A DNA stretch of 64,000 bases from Leucoraja erinacea. Its lineage: Eukaryota. The stretch covers positions 21,328,001 to 21,392,000 of the forward strand of contig NC_073392.1 in the NCBI RefSeq assembly GCF_028641065.1. Reading direction: 5' to 3'. The position numbers were made by a program, and so were the translations under genes. The notes beneath the pieces were generated by a model. It worked only from the letters and a program-made list of their open reading frames with translations, was not told the DNA's origin and did no database searches. Positions 53,020-64,000 of this stretch are shown here, piece by piece. Each line of letters starts with the position of its first letter. The first letter of the stretch is position 1.

Positions 53020-53630
53020 TCTGCCCATTTTCTGTGGATGATCTATATCCCTCTGAAATTTGGTGATTACAGGTCCAAACTGCTTAACTTCTCCATGAAG
53101 GCAAGTCCCTTCATCTCAGGAATCAACCTAGTGAACTTTCTCTGCCATTCCTGTGATGCAACCATATCCCATTTTAAATGAGGAACAAACTCAGCACTCA
53201 GATCTCCGGAGGTGCTTTTACCAATTCCCTGTGAAGCAAAATAAAGCTCATCATACCATCTGCCTTTCTAATTACTTAATGTAGCTGCATGTTAAATGTA
53301 TGTGTTCCACATACAAGGCACCCAGTTCCCTCTGTACAGTTCCTCTCTATAATCTCTCTTTAATTATACAATATTCTACTTTTCTATCCATCCCACCAAT
53401 GTGGACAATCTCAAATATCCCATATTTCATTTACCAAATGTTTGCCACTTACCTACATCCTTCTCATGATTTACCTTCCCACCTACCTCTGCAGCATCAA
53501 CAAATTTGGCTAGATTATGCTCAGTACCTTCATCCAATTTCTTAATATAGGTTGTAGCTAGTTGAGGCCCCAGCTCTGATCCCTGTAGCTTCTTATTAGT
53601 TACATACTAACCTGAAAACATCCTATTTAT
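53020..53630 (-). mobile_element. Old CR1 RT fragment
   Basis: Degenerate similarity to the 9505-10640 copy. Confidence 0.6.
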
Positions 53631-53874
53631 CTTGAATTTTGGAGAAGAGGATTGATTGTTCGAAATCCCGTCTCACACAATAATTAAACCTCCTCTGTGA
53701 AGTGACTTTTGCAATTGAAAAATATTTATCTAAAAACGTACTCTATACTTACTCAGAATCACTAGATCACTGTTCAACATATGGAAATTTTTCTTGAGAG
53801 TCCACCCCAATCTTTAATGGCAATGTTTATATTTGCTTGAAGATGAACAGTGATACCCAGCCAATTTATTGTGT

Positions 53875-53967
53875 AGATAGACACAAAGTGCTGGAGTAAC
53901 TCAGCGGGTCAGGCAGCATCTCTGGAGAAAAAGGATGGGTGTTTCGGGTCGGAACCCTTTTTCATAC
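53875..53967 (-). mobile_element. Short Penelope-derived element
   Basis: Homologous to 19562-19717. Confidence 0.7.
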
Positions 53968-54047
53968 ATTTATTGTGTCGTTAATTCCCAACATTAAAAT
54001 GTGGCAACAAAGCTGTGTTGAAGTCTGCCTGTTTCTTTGTTTTACAG

Positions 54048-54226
54048 CGAATGCTGAAGAGGTAAAAAATCTGAACAAGCCACTTGTTATTGCAACAATT
54101 GAAGTTTATTCCACTATAATATCGCAGCTTCTCCCAACCCCTGCCAAGTCGCATTACACTTTCAATCTACGCGATTTGTCCAAGGTCTTCCAAGGCATCC
54201 GCATGGCTGAATCAGCTAGTACACAG
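54048..54226 (+). CDS. DNAH1: DNAH1 exon (NAEEVKNL...LLPTPAKSHYTFNLRDLSKVFQG...)
   Basis: tacag|CG...CAG|gtatgt; 179 nt. Confidence 0.95.
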
Positions 54227-54348
54227 GTATGTTTGACTGTACCTACAGGCTGCCAAGATGCAACATTCTCTTGTCCCCGTCACTTGCCCAAACCAGTTGC
54301 TTCATATTTAAATGAAAATCAAATGATGTTATTCAAAGCCATACATTT

Positions 54349-54523
54349 AGAAACATAGAAACATAGAAATTAGGTGCAGAAGTAGGCCATTCGGCCCTTC
54401 GAGCCTGCACCGCCATTCAATATGATCATGGCTGATCATCCAACTCAGTATCCCGTACCTGCCTTCTCTCCATATCCCCTGATCCCCTTAGCCACAAGGG
54501 CCACATCTAACTCCCTCTTAAAT
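54349..54523 (-). mobile_element. CR1 extreme 3' end
   Basis: (tagaaaca)n tail and ggccattcggcccttcgagcc stem. Confidence 0.85.
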
Positions 54524-55164
54524 ATTTAAATAAATTTAAATATTTTGGGGAAAGCTTTAGTGTAGTAGGCAATGTTGAAAAAAAGCATAAGTTGCAAATA
54601 AATACTATCATATTACCAGTAAGTGAAATGATAGAAGTATATCAAATTTAGGGACATAGATAGGGTAGACAGTCAGAACCTTTTTCCTTACTCCCCTCCA
54701 TTTTGACATGGTTCCTCATTCCCCTCCATTGACATTCCGCACACACCTTCCCCCCAGTGATCTCCTCCCTACTCGCACTACTGCTACTGTGTGTGTATAT
54801 ATATATATATATATATACACATTCTACCTCTGATTATACTGTATATATCCATCCGCAACGTACTTAATGCTTACTGCACTAATACTTCTGTCTATACTGC
54901 ATATATCCCCACCCATTGTATCCATACTACAATGTCCCACTGTACATATATTTCCCCACCTATAGTGTACCCTTATCTATAGACTACTGTATATATCCTA
55001 CTCTTACTGCCTATGCTGCTCTACTGCACTTTCTTAGATATTATTCCACCACATGCACTGTTTTTGCACTTCTGGTTAGATGCTAACTGCATTTCGTTGT
55101 CTCTGTACTTGCACTCTGCACAATGACAATAACGTTGAATCTAAACTAATCTAATCTAAAAATG

Positions 55165-55850
55165 TCCATCTCCAAATGTGTCCCTGGAAACAGTCCATAA
55201 ATCAGATAGTATTCTGTAATTGACCCTTTGGGCTGAACCGCGACAAGGACCATTCCATAATTCTCCAGACTCTCTTCACAAACCCACATGATCCTGGCAA
55301 TCTGGTTTGTGGGGGCTGAGGCGTGCAACAAGAATTGGCTGGTGCGAACAGACAAGGTCAAGCAAAAATTGAGTTTGTGGAAGCAGCATAAGGTCATGTT
55401 AACCGGTAAAAATTTGGTCATCAGGTGTGAGGTGCCTTCAGGACTAAAGTACCTTGGCAATCACCTGGGCCATCTTCCATTTAATTCAAAGATGAAGTGG
55501 GTCCAACGGGTCACGATGCAAAAATCCGCAGAGAACGGGGCAAAAAGTGTGCCCAACGTCGCGTTCATCCTGATGGCCACGTTCATGTGTGGCTGCATCA
55601 GGCTGCGCATCGAGCCAATGCACATGGGTTCTAAAGTGTCACTACTTGCTGAGATCATTACTATCTGACCCCGTTGATGTAAAAGGTGGGCCTGGTAAAA
55701 AGCTCGGATGCTGTGCAATGGACAGTCAGTCAGCTGGATATTGCCGTACCTCCTGTCTTTGTGGAATGGTTCTTCGGGACCAAAACCTTAGACCCCGTCC
55801 ATCTGGCAGTGGTCAGCATGGAACATCCTGCGGGCACAGATGGCACAGAT
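55165..55850 (+). mobile_element. Tx1-like (L1 clade) ORF2 fragment
   Basis: KVKQKLSLWK....LTGKNLVIRCEV; KSAENGAKSVPN. Confidence 0.7.
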
Positions 55851-56105
55851 TTGGGGATCCTCATCTCTACAAGATCATGTGATACTTTTTTAAATATTTA
55901 AATAACATGATCTTGTGACCAGAAATAGTCCAGTGAGACTGTCTCCTAATAAGGAAGCTGAATTTATCTAAAGTATTTGTACGTATATAGTAAGCCTGCT
56001 ATTTGTTGATCCCATGGGGTCCATGAATTCTCTGTGTGAAAATTTGTATTTTAAAACTCAAGGTAGTATCATGTGAATTATCTCACCTACTTTTGCTTGT
56101 TTCAG

Positions 56106-56336
56106 AGTAAAGTTCTGTTACTGAGACTGTGGTATCACGAAAGTTGCCGTGTGTTCAAAGACCGTCTGGTGAATGAACAGGACCGCAAATGGTTTGAAAC
56201 TCTGATACACAGCAAGCTTGTAGAATTGGGCACAAGCTTTGAACATGTTGCTCCAGAGTTGCCTGTGCTCTATGGGGACTTCCTGGCTATTGGAACAGAT
56301 AACAAGATCTATGAATTTATCGCTGACCATGAAAAG
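56106..56336 (+). CDS. DNAH1: DNAH1 exon (SKVLLLRLWYHESCRVFKDRLV...DHEK)
   Basis: ttcag|AGT...AAG|gtgatt; 231 nt. Confidence 0.95.
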
Positions 56337-58603
56337 GTGATTTTTTTTTTCACTCTGTATTTGTCCCCCAATTATTGGAATCTGCTTTGTAATGTCCACA
56401 TTCTCCAGGAGCAGAAAGTGCATTGTTGACTTTTCCTCTTAGATAAGTCAAAGACTGAGAAATGTGTCTGTGCAACATTTGAAAAAGCAGTGGTGCATTG
56501 GGAAAAATTGCATAAATGCAGTATTGGTTAACTGTGTGTATATGTCTGGGAGAGGTAGCATCAATTACTAACAGCAGTCCTGATCCAAAACATCACCTAT
56601 CCATGTACTCCAGAGAAGCTACCTGACATGGTAAATTATTCCAGCATTTTGTGTTCCTCACAATGTTCCAGTATCCAGTTTGCTAAGTATCTACTAATAT
56701 CATATGTTCTTTTAAGTGCAAGATGTTTACCTACCCTAGCAATCTTTCTCCAACATGCAGTCCAGCCAAATGACATCAACCATATTTGTTTGAATCACAA
56801 CTGGGTCTGTTAATTCTGAGAGGAACTGCATTTCAATATTGAGGAAAGCTTAAACTGACCACCACTTAAAAGGTCAGGAACATCACTCTTGCAAACACAA
56901 GCATAGTGCTTCGAAACCAATCCCAAAACAAACCTGAGGTAGTATGTCTCCAACTGGGACCCCTGTCACCACACCCCAGAAAGCATCAAAGTTCCCATCA
57001 AAATAACAGAAATGCTGCTCCTAGAGAGTTTGTGTTCATGGGATCAAAAATAAGTAAAATACGAAAGAGAAAGATATCTGGGTAAAACCAAAAATCTACT
57101 CCACCTTTCTTCTCAGATCTAACATCAAGAAGTAACCCTTAAAGGGTTGCAGCAAATAAAACCAGCACTATTTCAGTCACTGGGGAATGTGGAACAAGGA
57201 ATGAACGTACGCTATATTGATGGGATTGGGATTGGCAGATAACTCCAAGTAGATAGACAATCATGCATAGGTTCTTGTAGATTCCTGTGCATGCAAGAAA
57301 CAGGATAATTCTAAGTGTACATTTAAGAATAGTAAAGGCATTTTTGAGTTTCTTCTCGCCGTCTTTCTGTGGCCTTTTGCAATTGCGAGTAAAATCCCAC
57401 GCAAATACTTATTTTGGGGAGTCAAATTCATGGTCAAGTTTATTCTCAAGTCTTTGGAAACTATCTGCACTGATATACCATGTATGGCCACTTTATAGGT
57501 CATTGGTAGATTGCAAAAGTGAAACAACTCGATAAGTGGGAAATCTTTCATTCTTGATCAACATGTATTCACATCTGAAAGGGCAGTTAGTTGGCTGCTG
57601 TCCGAATCTCTCCAAAAAGTATTGATATTCATGTAGGGTCCTTTTGCCTTTACAGGTATCTTCCTGACAACTCGAACACAACAGAATAGAAACCTTCATT
57701 CTACCATATCTATGCCAAGCATAATCCCAAATTAAATAGATCCTATCTAGCTACACATTGTCCACATCCATCTATTCCTTGCCTGTCCATGTGGCTGCCT
57801 CGATACCTCGTAAATGTTGCCTTGTGAAGCTCTGTGCAAGAAACAAATCAAATCTTGCATCGTCAATCTACTTAGAATGTCCCCCTGCTGCCTGGGGAAC
57901 TTACACTGACTATTTATCCTTTCTATGACTCATAATTGTATATACTTCTATCAGCTCGCCCCTTAGCTTTAAATGCTCCAGCCAAAACAATTCAGGTGTA
58001 TTCAATCTCTCTTTAAACTCTCTAATTTACCGCCATAAGTGTATTCTGTCCAAGGAGTTTCCTTTCGTTCTTCAGAAGCATGTGCACATTGACCGGTTCC
58101 CTCCATGTAGTGGCAAATTTTTCCATTATTGCAGCATTCCTGACCTTCAGTGCTGTCTTTGTGGAATGTGCACATTATCTATGTGACCGTTGGGGTTTTC
58201 CATGGTTGCATTGTTTTCCCACCCCTTGTCAAAGAGGTGAAGATTAGTAAGTTAATTAACTATTGACAATTGCCCCCAGTATAGGTAGGTAGCTAGACAA
58301 TTGGGATTGCTGAGGTAGGAGTTTAGCGTTCGTGGTTGGCCGAAGGGCATGCTTTCATGTTGTATGGCTTTATGACACTATGTTGCACAACTTGTACACT
58401 GATAGCGATGAATTTAAAGATGTCTTTAAAGCTTTTAAAACCTGAATTAAGGAGATGAGTAATGCTATTTTAAAGCCAAAAAGACATGAAAACAAGGCCA
58501 AAGTGATGTAGATAGATAACAACTAGGCCATCTACATGAATTATGGAAATTGCCCACTGTTGTCAGTAATCTTTACAGCACTTTCCTATCAATATAACCT
58601 TTT

Positions 58604-59350
58604 GTGTAAGAAAGAACTGCAGATGCTGGAAAAATCGAAGGTAGACAAAAATGCTGGAGAAACTCAGCGAGTGAGGCAGCATCAATGGAGCAAAGGAATA
58701 GGTGACGTTTTGGGTCGAGACCCTACTTCAGACTGACGGGGTGCGGGAGGAGGGGGCGGGAAGAAGAAAGGAAGATGCGGAGACAGTAGGCTGTGGGAGA
58801 GCTGGGAAGTGGAGGGGAAGGAAGGAGAAAGCAAGGACTACCTGAAATTGGAGAAGTCAATGTTCATACCGCTGGGGTGTAAACTACCCAAGTGAAATAT
58901 GAGGTGCTACTCCTCCAATTTGCGGTGGGACGCACTCTGGCCATCGAGGAGGCCCAGTACAGAAAGGTCGGATTCGGAATGGGTGGGGGAGTTGAAATGC
59001 TGAGGAGATGTGGCGAAAATGTCGGAGGATTATCTGTTGTATGTGACGGCTGGTAGGGTGGAAGGTGAGGACAAGGGTAGGACTCTGTCCTTGTTATGAT
59101 TGGGAGGATGGGGAGTGAGAGCGATGCTACGGGATATAGAGGAGACCCTGGTTAGAGCCTCATCTACAGTCGAAGAGGGGAACCCCCGTTCCCAAAAGAA
59201 TGAGGACATCTCCGATGCCCTGCTTTGGAACACCTCATCCTGGGTGCAGACGGAGGAATTGGGAGTAGGAGATAGAGTCCTTAAAGGAAGCAGGGTGGGA
59301 AGAAGAGTAGTCCAGATAGCCATGGGAGTCAGTGGGTTTGTAGTAGGTGT
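58604..59350 (-). mobile_element. Penelope-like element 3' part with internal deletion
   Basis: SFFWERGFPSSTVDEALTR; 3' end homologous to 1507-1830. Confidence 0.85.
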
Positions 59351-59580
59351 AACATTTTAGATTTTTTTAATTGATTGGCCCATTCTGTCAGTTTCCCAAT
59401 AATCTAACAGATTAATCGTAATTTCTATTGAGGATTACGGTAACCGCCAACTAATAAGCATGGTTCCAGGGTCCAATCCCAATTTGTACAAAATTAAGAT
59501 GGGGCAATAAAAGTCCTACATTATTAGACGATGAAAGAGAAACATCATCCATTTTGTTCTGATTGCTTTCTAATCAGTAA

Positions 59581-59899
59581 AGGTCCTGTCCCACTTTCCC
59601 GAGTTACTCACAAACTCTCCCGAGTTTTCCCCTTGATTCGAACTCTGAGAATTACGATAATAGCCGTTCGTAGGTACACGGGGCTATTTTTTTAACTCGT
59701 GGACATTTTTCAACATGTTGAAAAAACATCCCGACTTACCTGATACCCCGAGTTCCTACGGCTGGCATTACGAGCCGCTACGAAACATCTACGGACTCCT
59801 ACGAGGTCGCTACCGACATTACCCGACATTCGCCGAGTTCGAATCAAGGGGAAAACTCGGGAGAGTTCGTGAGTAACTCGGGAAAGTGGGACATGGCCT
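59581..59899. mobile_element. Harbinger-type MITE
   Basis: 65-bp TIRs (3 mismatches) aggtcctgtcccactttcccgag...; flanks TAA/TCA. Confidence 0.82.
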
Positions 59900-60267
59900 T
59901 CATTTTACTGTATTAAAGCTGTCAGTGGACAACATGAATGAAGTTAGGACTTAACGTTTTACAAATAAATTGTCTTGTCATCTCTCACAGGCCAGACTTA
60001 AATGCAATTTAACTGCCTGAGGACCTGATCTAAAGAGAGCAAAATAATCAACTCTTTATATAATACTTATACTTAATCTAGTATGCGAGTGTTGATTGCT
60101 AAGCATGCAACTGTCAATACCAAATACCAGCACATGCATTTCCAAGTAGAAATTAGTAACCATAAAAATTGATAGATTTAGCCAAAAAGAATTGCGTGGT
60201 TCAATTAGTACATACCAGGAACAGTCTCTCTCGAATGAATGGAACACTTGTAGCACAGAACATCTAT

Positions 60268-60375
60268 CCTGAAGATAGATACAAAATGCTGGAGTAACTC
60301 AGCAGGACAGGCAGCATCTCTGGATAGAAGGAATGGGTGACGTTTCCGGTCGAGACCCTTCTTCAGACCTGAAGA
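60268..60375 (-). mobile_element. Short Penelope-derived element
   Basis: Homologous to 19562-19717; cctgaaga direct repeat at both ends. Confidence 0.75.
60336..60369 (-). ncRNA. Minimal hammerhead-ribozyme-like motif (Penelope type), probably degenerate
   Basis: ggu-CUGAAGA-agggucucgaccg-GAAAC-GUC-acc; mismatch at the base of stem II. Confidence 0.55.
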
Positions 60376-61161
60376 ATCTTGATACTTCTCTCAAACCTGT
60401 TCTGGGGTATTACTGAAATGTTGCACTTCCAAACTACATGCCACCTGACCCGAGTCACCTAGATTTGTGGGATTGGATTATTGCTGTGATCCCAACCTTT
60501 GCTGCATTCTACTGCAATATAATTTATAGCTATTGGTTGCAGCCTTTCTTGTTTGTTGTCCAAACCAATATCCAAAAGATCTCTGGTCCTTGCAATCCAT
60601 CCAGTCCCTTTGAAGTAAAATCATCAACTATATTTTTGAGGCTAGGTGGTATCGCTGCCTCCCCCTTTAGTTGACGGGTGGTCAGATATAATAGTCCTGC
60701 TTAGCTTTTACGGGTAATCTTTCAACCGGGTCCTCAAATTAAATTCCCAGAAGAATATGAATTGTTAGACTCATCAGTTCAATGCCACGACATTGTGTGG
60801 ACCAACTGTAGACACAGTCATTGAGTGCTTCTTCCTAGCTTGCAAAATAAAGGAGGAATACAGCATGGATCGTTAGTATTTGAGTACTTCTATGCATTTC
60901 AAGGGAATACTATTGTAGCCATACCTACCACTGATGTTTGCAAAGCCATTCTGCAATCAGCACTTCTCTGTTATTTCTGAAATGATTGAACACAGAATCT
61001 TAATTGTTAGGTTTACATAGTATATTACACAGTGATATCACTGTATCAATCAAAACAATATCAGTGGCAGTTCCGAAGCTGACTATAAAGTTACATTTTA
61101 GACAAATGAGTGCACCCGCAATGTGTCTCTTATGTAAAAAAAAGGAATAATGCTAGTCGAT

Positions 61162-61372
61162 ACCATATAACCATATAACAATTACAGCACGAAACAGGCC
61201 ATCTCGGCCTTTCTAGTCCGTGCCGAACACTTATTCTCACCTCGTCCCATCTACCTGCACTCAGACCATAAATCTCCATTCCTTTCCCGTCCATATACCT
61301 ATCCAATTTATTTTTAAATGATAAAATTGAACCTGCCTCCACCACTTCCACTGGAAGCTCATTCCACACAGC
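61162..61372 (-). mobile_element. CR1 3' end just upstream of the splice acceptor
   Basis: [27 protein letters not shown]; (ttatatgg)n tail. Confidence 0.85.
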
Positions 61373-61396
61373 ATAATTCCTCTTTATTCTTTGCAG

Positions 61397-61593
61397 ATGG
61401 TGAGCGTGATTGAAGAATACATGGATGATTTCAATCAGACTAGCACAAACAAGTTGAAGCTTATTCTTTTCATGGATGCCATCCAACACATCTGTAGAAT
61501 CAGCAGGATTTTACGGCAGCCAATGGGCAATGCCCTCTTATTGGGAGTTGGAGGCAGTGGACGACAGTCTCTTACCAAATTGGCTGCCCATAT
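61397..61593 (+). CDS. DNAH1: DNAH1 exon with AAA4 P-loop ([22 protein letters not shown])
   Basis: tgcag|ATG...AT|gtaagt; 197 nt. Confidence 0.95.
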
Positions 61594-61769
61594 GTAAGTG
61601 GGAGTATGTTACATCTGTCAGATTTGTCTCTTCCCTGAACAAATGTGCAATGAAGATAAAATGTCATTGAGTGCTTGAGACCTGTTTGGATTGTTTATCT
61701 TAATTTGGCTTAATTAAGAAAGTAAGGTCAGGGCCAACTGTGAGCGGTGCAAGAGGGGAGGTGAATGCC

Positions 61770-63036
61770 GAGGTCAAAGTGCTGTATATGAATGCACAAA
61801 GTATAAGAAATAAAGTGAACGAGCTTGAGGCTCAGTTAGAAATTGGCAAGTATGATGTTGTGGGAATTACTGAGACATGGCTGCAAGAGGCCCAGGGCTG
61901 GGAACTGAATATTCAAGGATATACCTCTTATCGAAAAGACAGACAGGTGGGGTAGCTCTGTTGGTGATGAAGGAATTTCAGTCCCTTGCATGGGGTGACA
62001 TTTAAACAGGAGATGTGGAGTCAGTATGGATAGAACGAAGGAATTGTAAGGGTAAAAAGACCCTAATAGGACTTATCTACAGGCTCCCATAAAGTTGCCT
62101 GAATATAGGATGCAAGTTGAATCAGGAGTTAAAATTGGCATGTAGTAAAGGTAATGCTACGGTTGTTATGGGAGATTTCAACATGCAGGCAGGCTGGGAA
62201 AATCAGGTTGGTACTGGACCCCAGGAAAAGGAGTTTGTGGAGTGCCTCCATGATGGATTCTTAGAGCAGCTTTCATTGGAACCTACCAGGGAGAAGACAA
62301 TTCTGGATTTATGTTATGTAATGAACCGGATTTGATAAAGGAACTTGAAGTTAAGAAGCCATTAAGAAGTGACCATAATATGGTCAGGTTTAATCTACAA
62401 TTGGGGAGGGAGAAGGGAAAATCAGAGGTGTCAGTGTTACAATTGAATAAAGGGGACTATGGAGCCATAAGGGAGGAGCTGCCAAAGGAGCAGGCAGGAA
62501 TTTCTGGGCATAATCCGGGAGACGCAGGATCATTTCATAAATGGCTCGAAGGGCCGAAGGGCCGAATGGCCTCCTCCTGCACCTATTTTTTATGTTTCTA
62601 AGTGGACTGGAAAGATACCCTAGCAGGGATGACAGTGGAACAAAAATGGCTGGTATTTCTGGGAATAATACAGAAGGTGCAGGATCAGTTCATTCCAAAG
62701 AGGAAGAAAGATTCTAAGGGGAGTAAGGGGCGACTGTGGCTGACAAGGGACGTCAGGGACAGTATAAAAATAAAAGAGAAGTACAACATAGCAAAGATGA
62801 GCGGGAAGCAAAAGGATTGGATAATATTTGAAGAGCAACAGAAGATAACTAAAAAGGCAATACGGGAAGAAAAGATGCGGTATGAAGGTAAGCTAGCCAA
62901 GAATATAAAGGAGGATAGTAAAAGCTTCTTTAGGCATGTGAAAAGGAAAAAAATAGTTAAGACCAAAGTTGGGCCCTTGAAGACTGAAAAAGGTGAATTT
63001 ATTATGGGGAACAAGGAAATGACAGATGAGTTGACT
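61770..63036 (+). mobile_element. CR1 ORF2 5' part (APE and linker)
   Basis: LYMNAQSIRNK, ITETWL, MGDFN, SDH, KEDSKSFF. Confidence 0.9.
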
Positions 63037-63039
63037 GGA

Positions 63040-64000
63040 GCACCGGAAGTTGGTCACGGCCGAAGTCTGCCGACAGGAGGAATCGAGTAGGTGTGCCAAG
63101 GCTGTGTCGCAAGCTAAACAAGGCCAGTGGATGAGATGGGAGGGTGTGGAAAAGAGGAAGTCCAGCTGGAAGGACATGTGGGAGATGGAGGCGAGCAGGG
63201 TAATTTTCCTCATTCGGGACACCTATGATGTCCTTCCTAGCCCAGAAAATCTCAACCAATGGCTGGGCGAAGATCCATCATGCCCCCTGTGTTCAACACC
63301 AGCCACACTTAGGCCCATCCTCACTGGGTGTAAAGTAAGCATCTCCTAAGGACGGTACACCTGGAGACATAATCAAGTGCTCAAATGCCTGGCAGCGACT
63401 CTGGAAAGCAGGAGAACAACCAACAATGCTCTGCAGCCCAGATAAGCCAATTGCCTTTGTTCGGGAGGGGGAACAAAGGCAATGGAAAATTCCACCAAGG
63501 ACAAGGTTTGGACAGCTGGAGCGCAGCCCGGGATTGGCAGTTGCTGGTGGATGTGGACCAACGGCTTACAGTTCCATCAGAGATAGCCATTACCAACCTG
63601 AAGCCTGATCTTGTCCTCTGATCGAACTCTCAGCGCATGGTGTATTTTGGGGAGCTCACGGTCCCTTGGGAGGATGCTGTGCAGGAAGCCTTCTAAAGAA
63701 AGAAAGTGTGATATACAGAGCTTGCAGCGGAGGCAGAACAGAAGGGGATTGAGAGCTAAGATCTGCCCGGTAGAAGTTGGATGTCGAGGATTCGTGGCAA
63801 CATCAACCGTAAGACTGATGAAGGACCTGGGGATCAGCGGACAAGCCCTAAGCCAGGCCATCAAAGAAACATCACGGGTGGCAGAGGGGAGTAGCCAGTG
63901 GCTCTGGCTGAAGAGGAAAGATCCCATTTGATCTCCCAAATAACCGACTAGACAGATGCAGAGGGGGGTGGTTCTGGGTTGCCAGGATGCACCGCTGAGC
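63040..64000 (+). mobile_element. RLE-type non-LTR retrotransposon (HERO-like, R2 group), C-terminal part
   Basis: CPLC...(H>P)ILTGC zinc knuckle, YTWRHNQVL, KPDLVL, ELTVPWE, PVEVGCRG. Confidence 0.82.

Larger units (their letters stand above)
1259..61593 (+). other. DNAH1: Dynein axonemal heavy chain 1 gene, internal part (17 exons, motor domain AAA1 end to AAA4 start); the gene extends beyond both window edges
   Basis: Exons splice in frame with GT-AG and give [26 protein letters not shown]..., the P-loops GPSGSGKT, GPTGTGKT and GVGGSGRQS, and motifs [35 protein letters not shown] and LLPTPAKSHYTFNLRDLSKVFQG. The paralog call rests on remembered similarity to mammalian DNAH1. Confidence 0.9.

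Noticed and set aside
1259-61593. Possibility that the dynein gene is a pseudogene because of TE load
   Set aside because: All 17 exons are open, phase-compatible and have canonical splice sites

Overview
This is eukaryotic, not microbial, DNA: most likely a cartilaginous fish (skate/ray/shark), inferred from HE1/V-SINE-like SINEs and abundant CR1 and Penelope-like elements. The window holds 17 consecutive, frame-compatible internal exons of axonemal dynein heavy chain 1 (DNAH1) on the + strand. They run from the end of AAA1 through the AAA2 and AAA3 P-loops to the AAA4 P-loop, and all have GT-AG introns. The introns carry many mobile elements: CR1 LINEs (one near full length), an L1 with a TSD, Tx1, Rex1 and HERO-like fragments, and Penelope elements with hammerhead-ribozyme motifs. 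There are also two non-autonomous Helitrons with internal tandem repeats, a Harbinger element and MITE, a hAT MITE, a Tc1 end, a DIRS element with intact ITR/ICR architecture, and a young internally deleted Gypsy element whose 3' LTR carries a locally templated insertion. I found no convincing wholly new biological system; the most interesting items are element structures and DNA-repair scars. Exon boundaries were read base by base; many TE boundaries are approximate.
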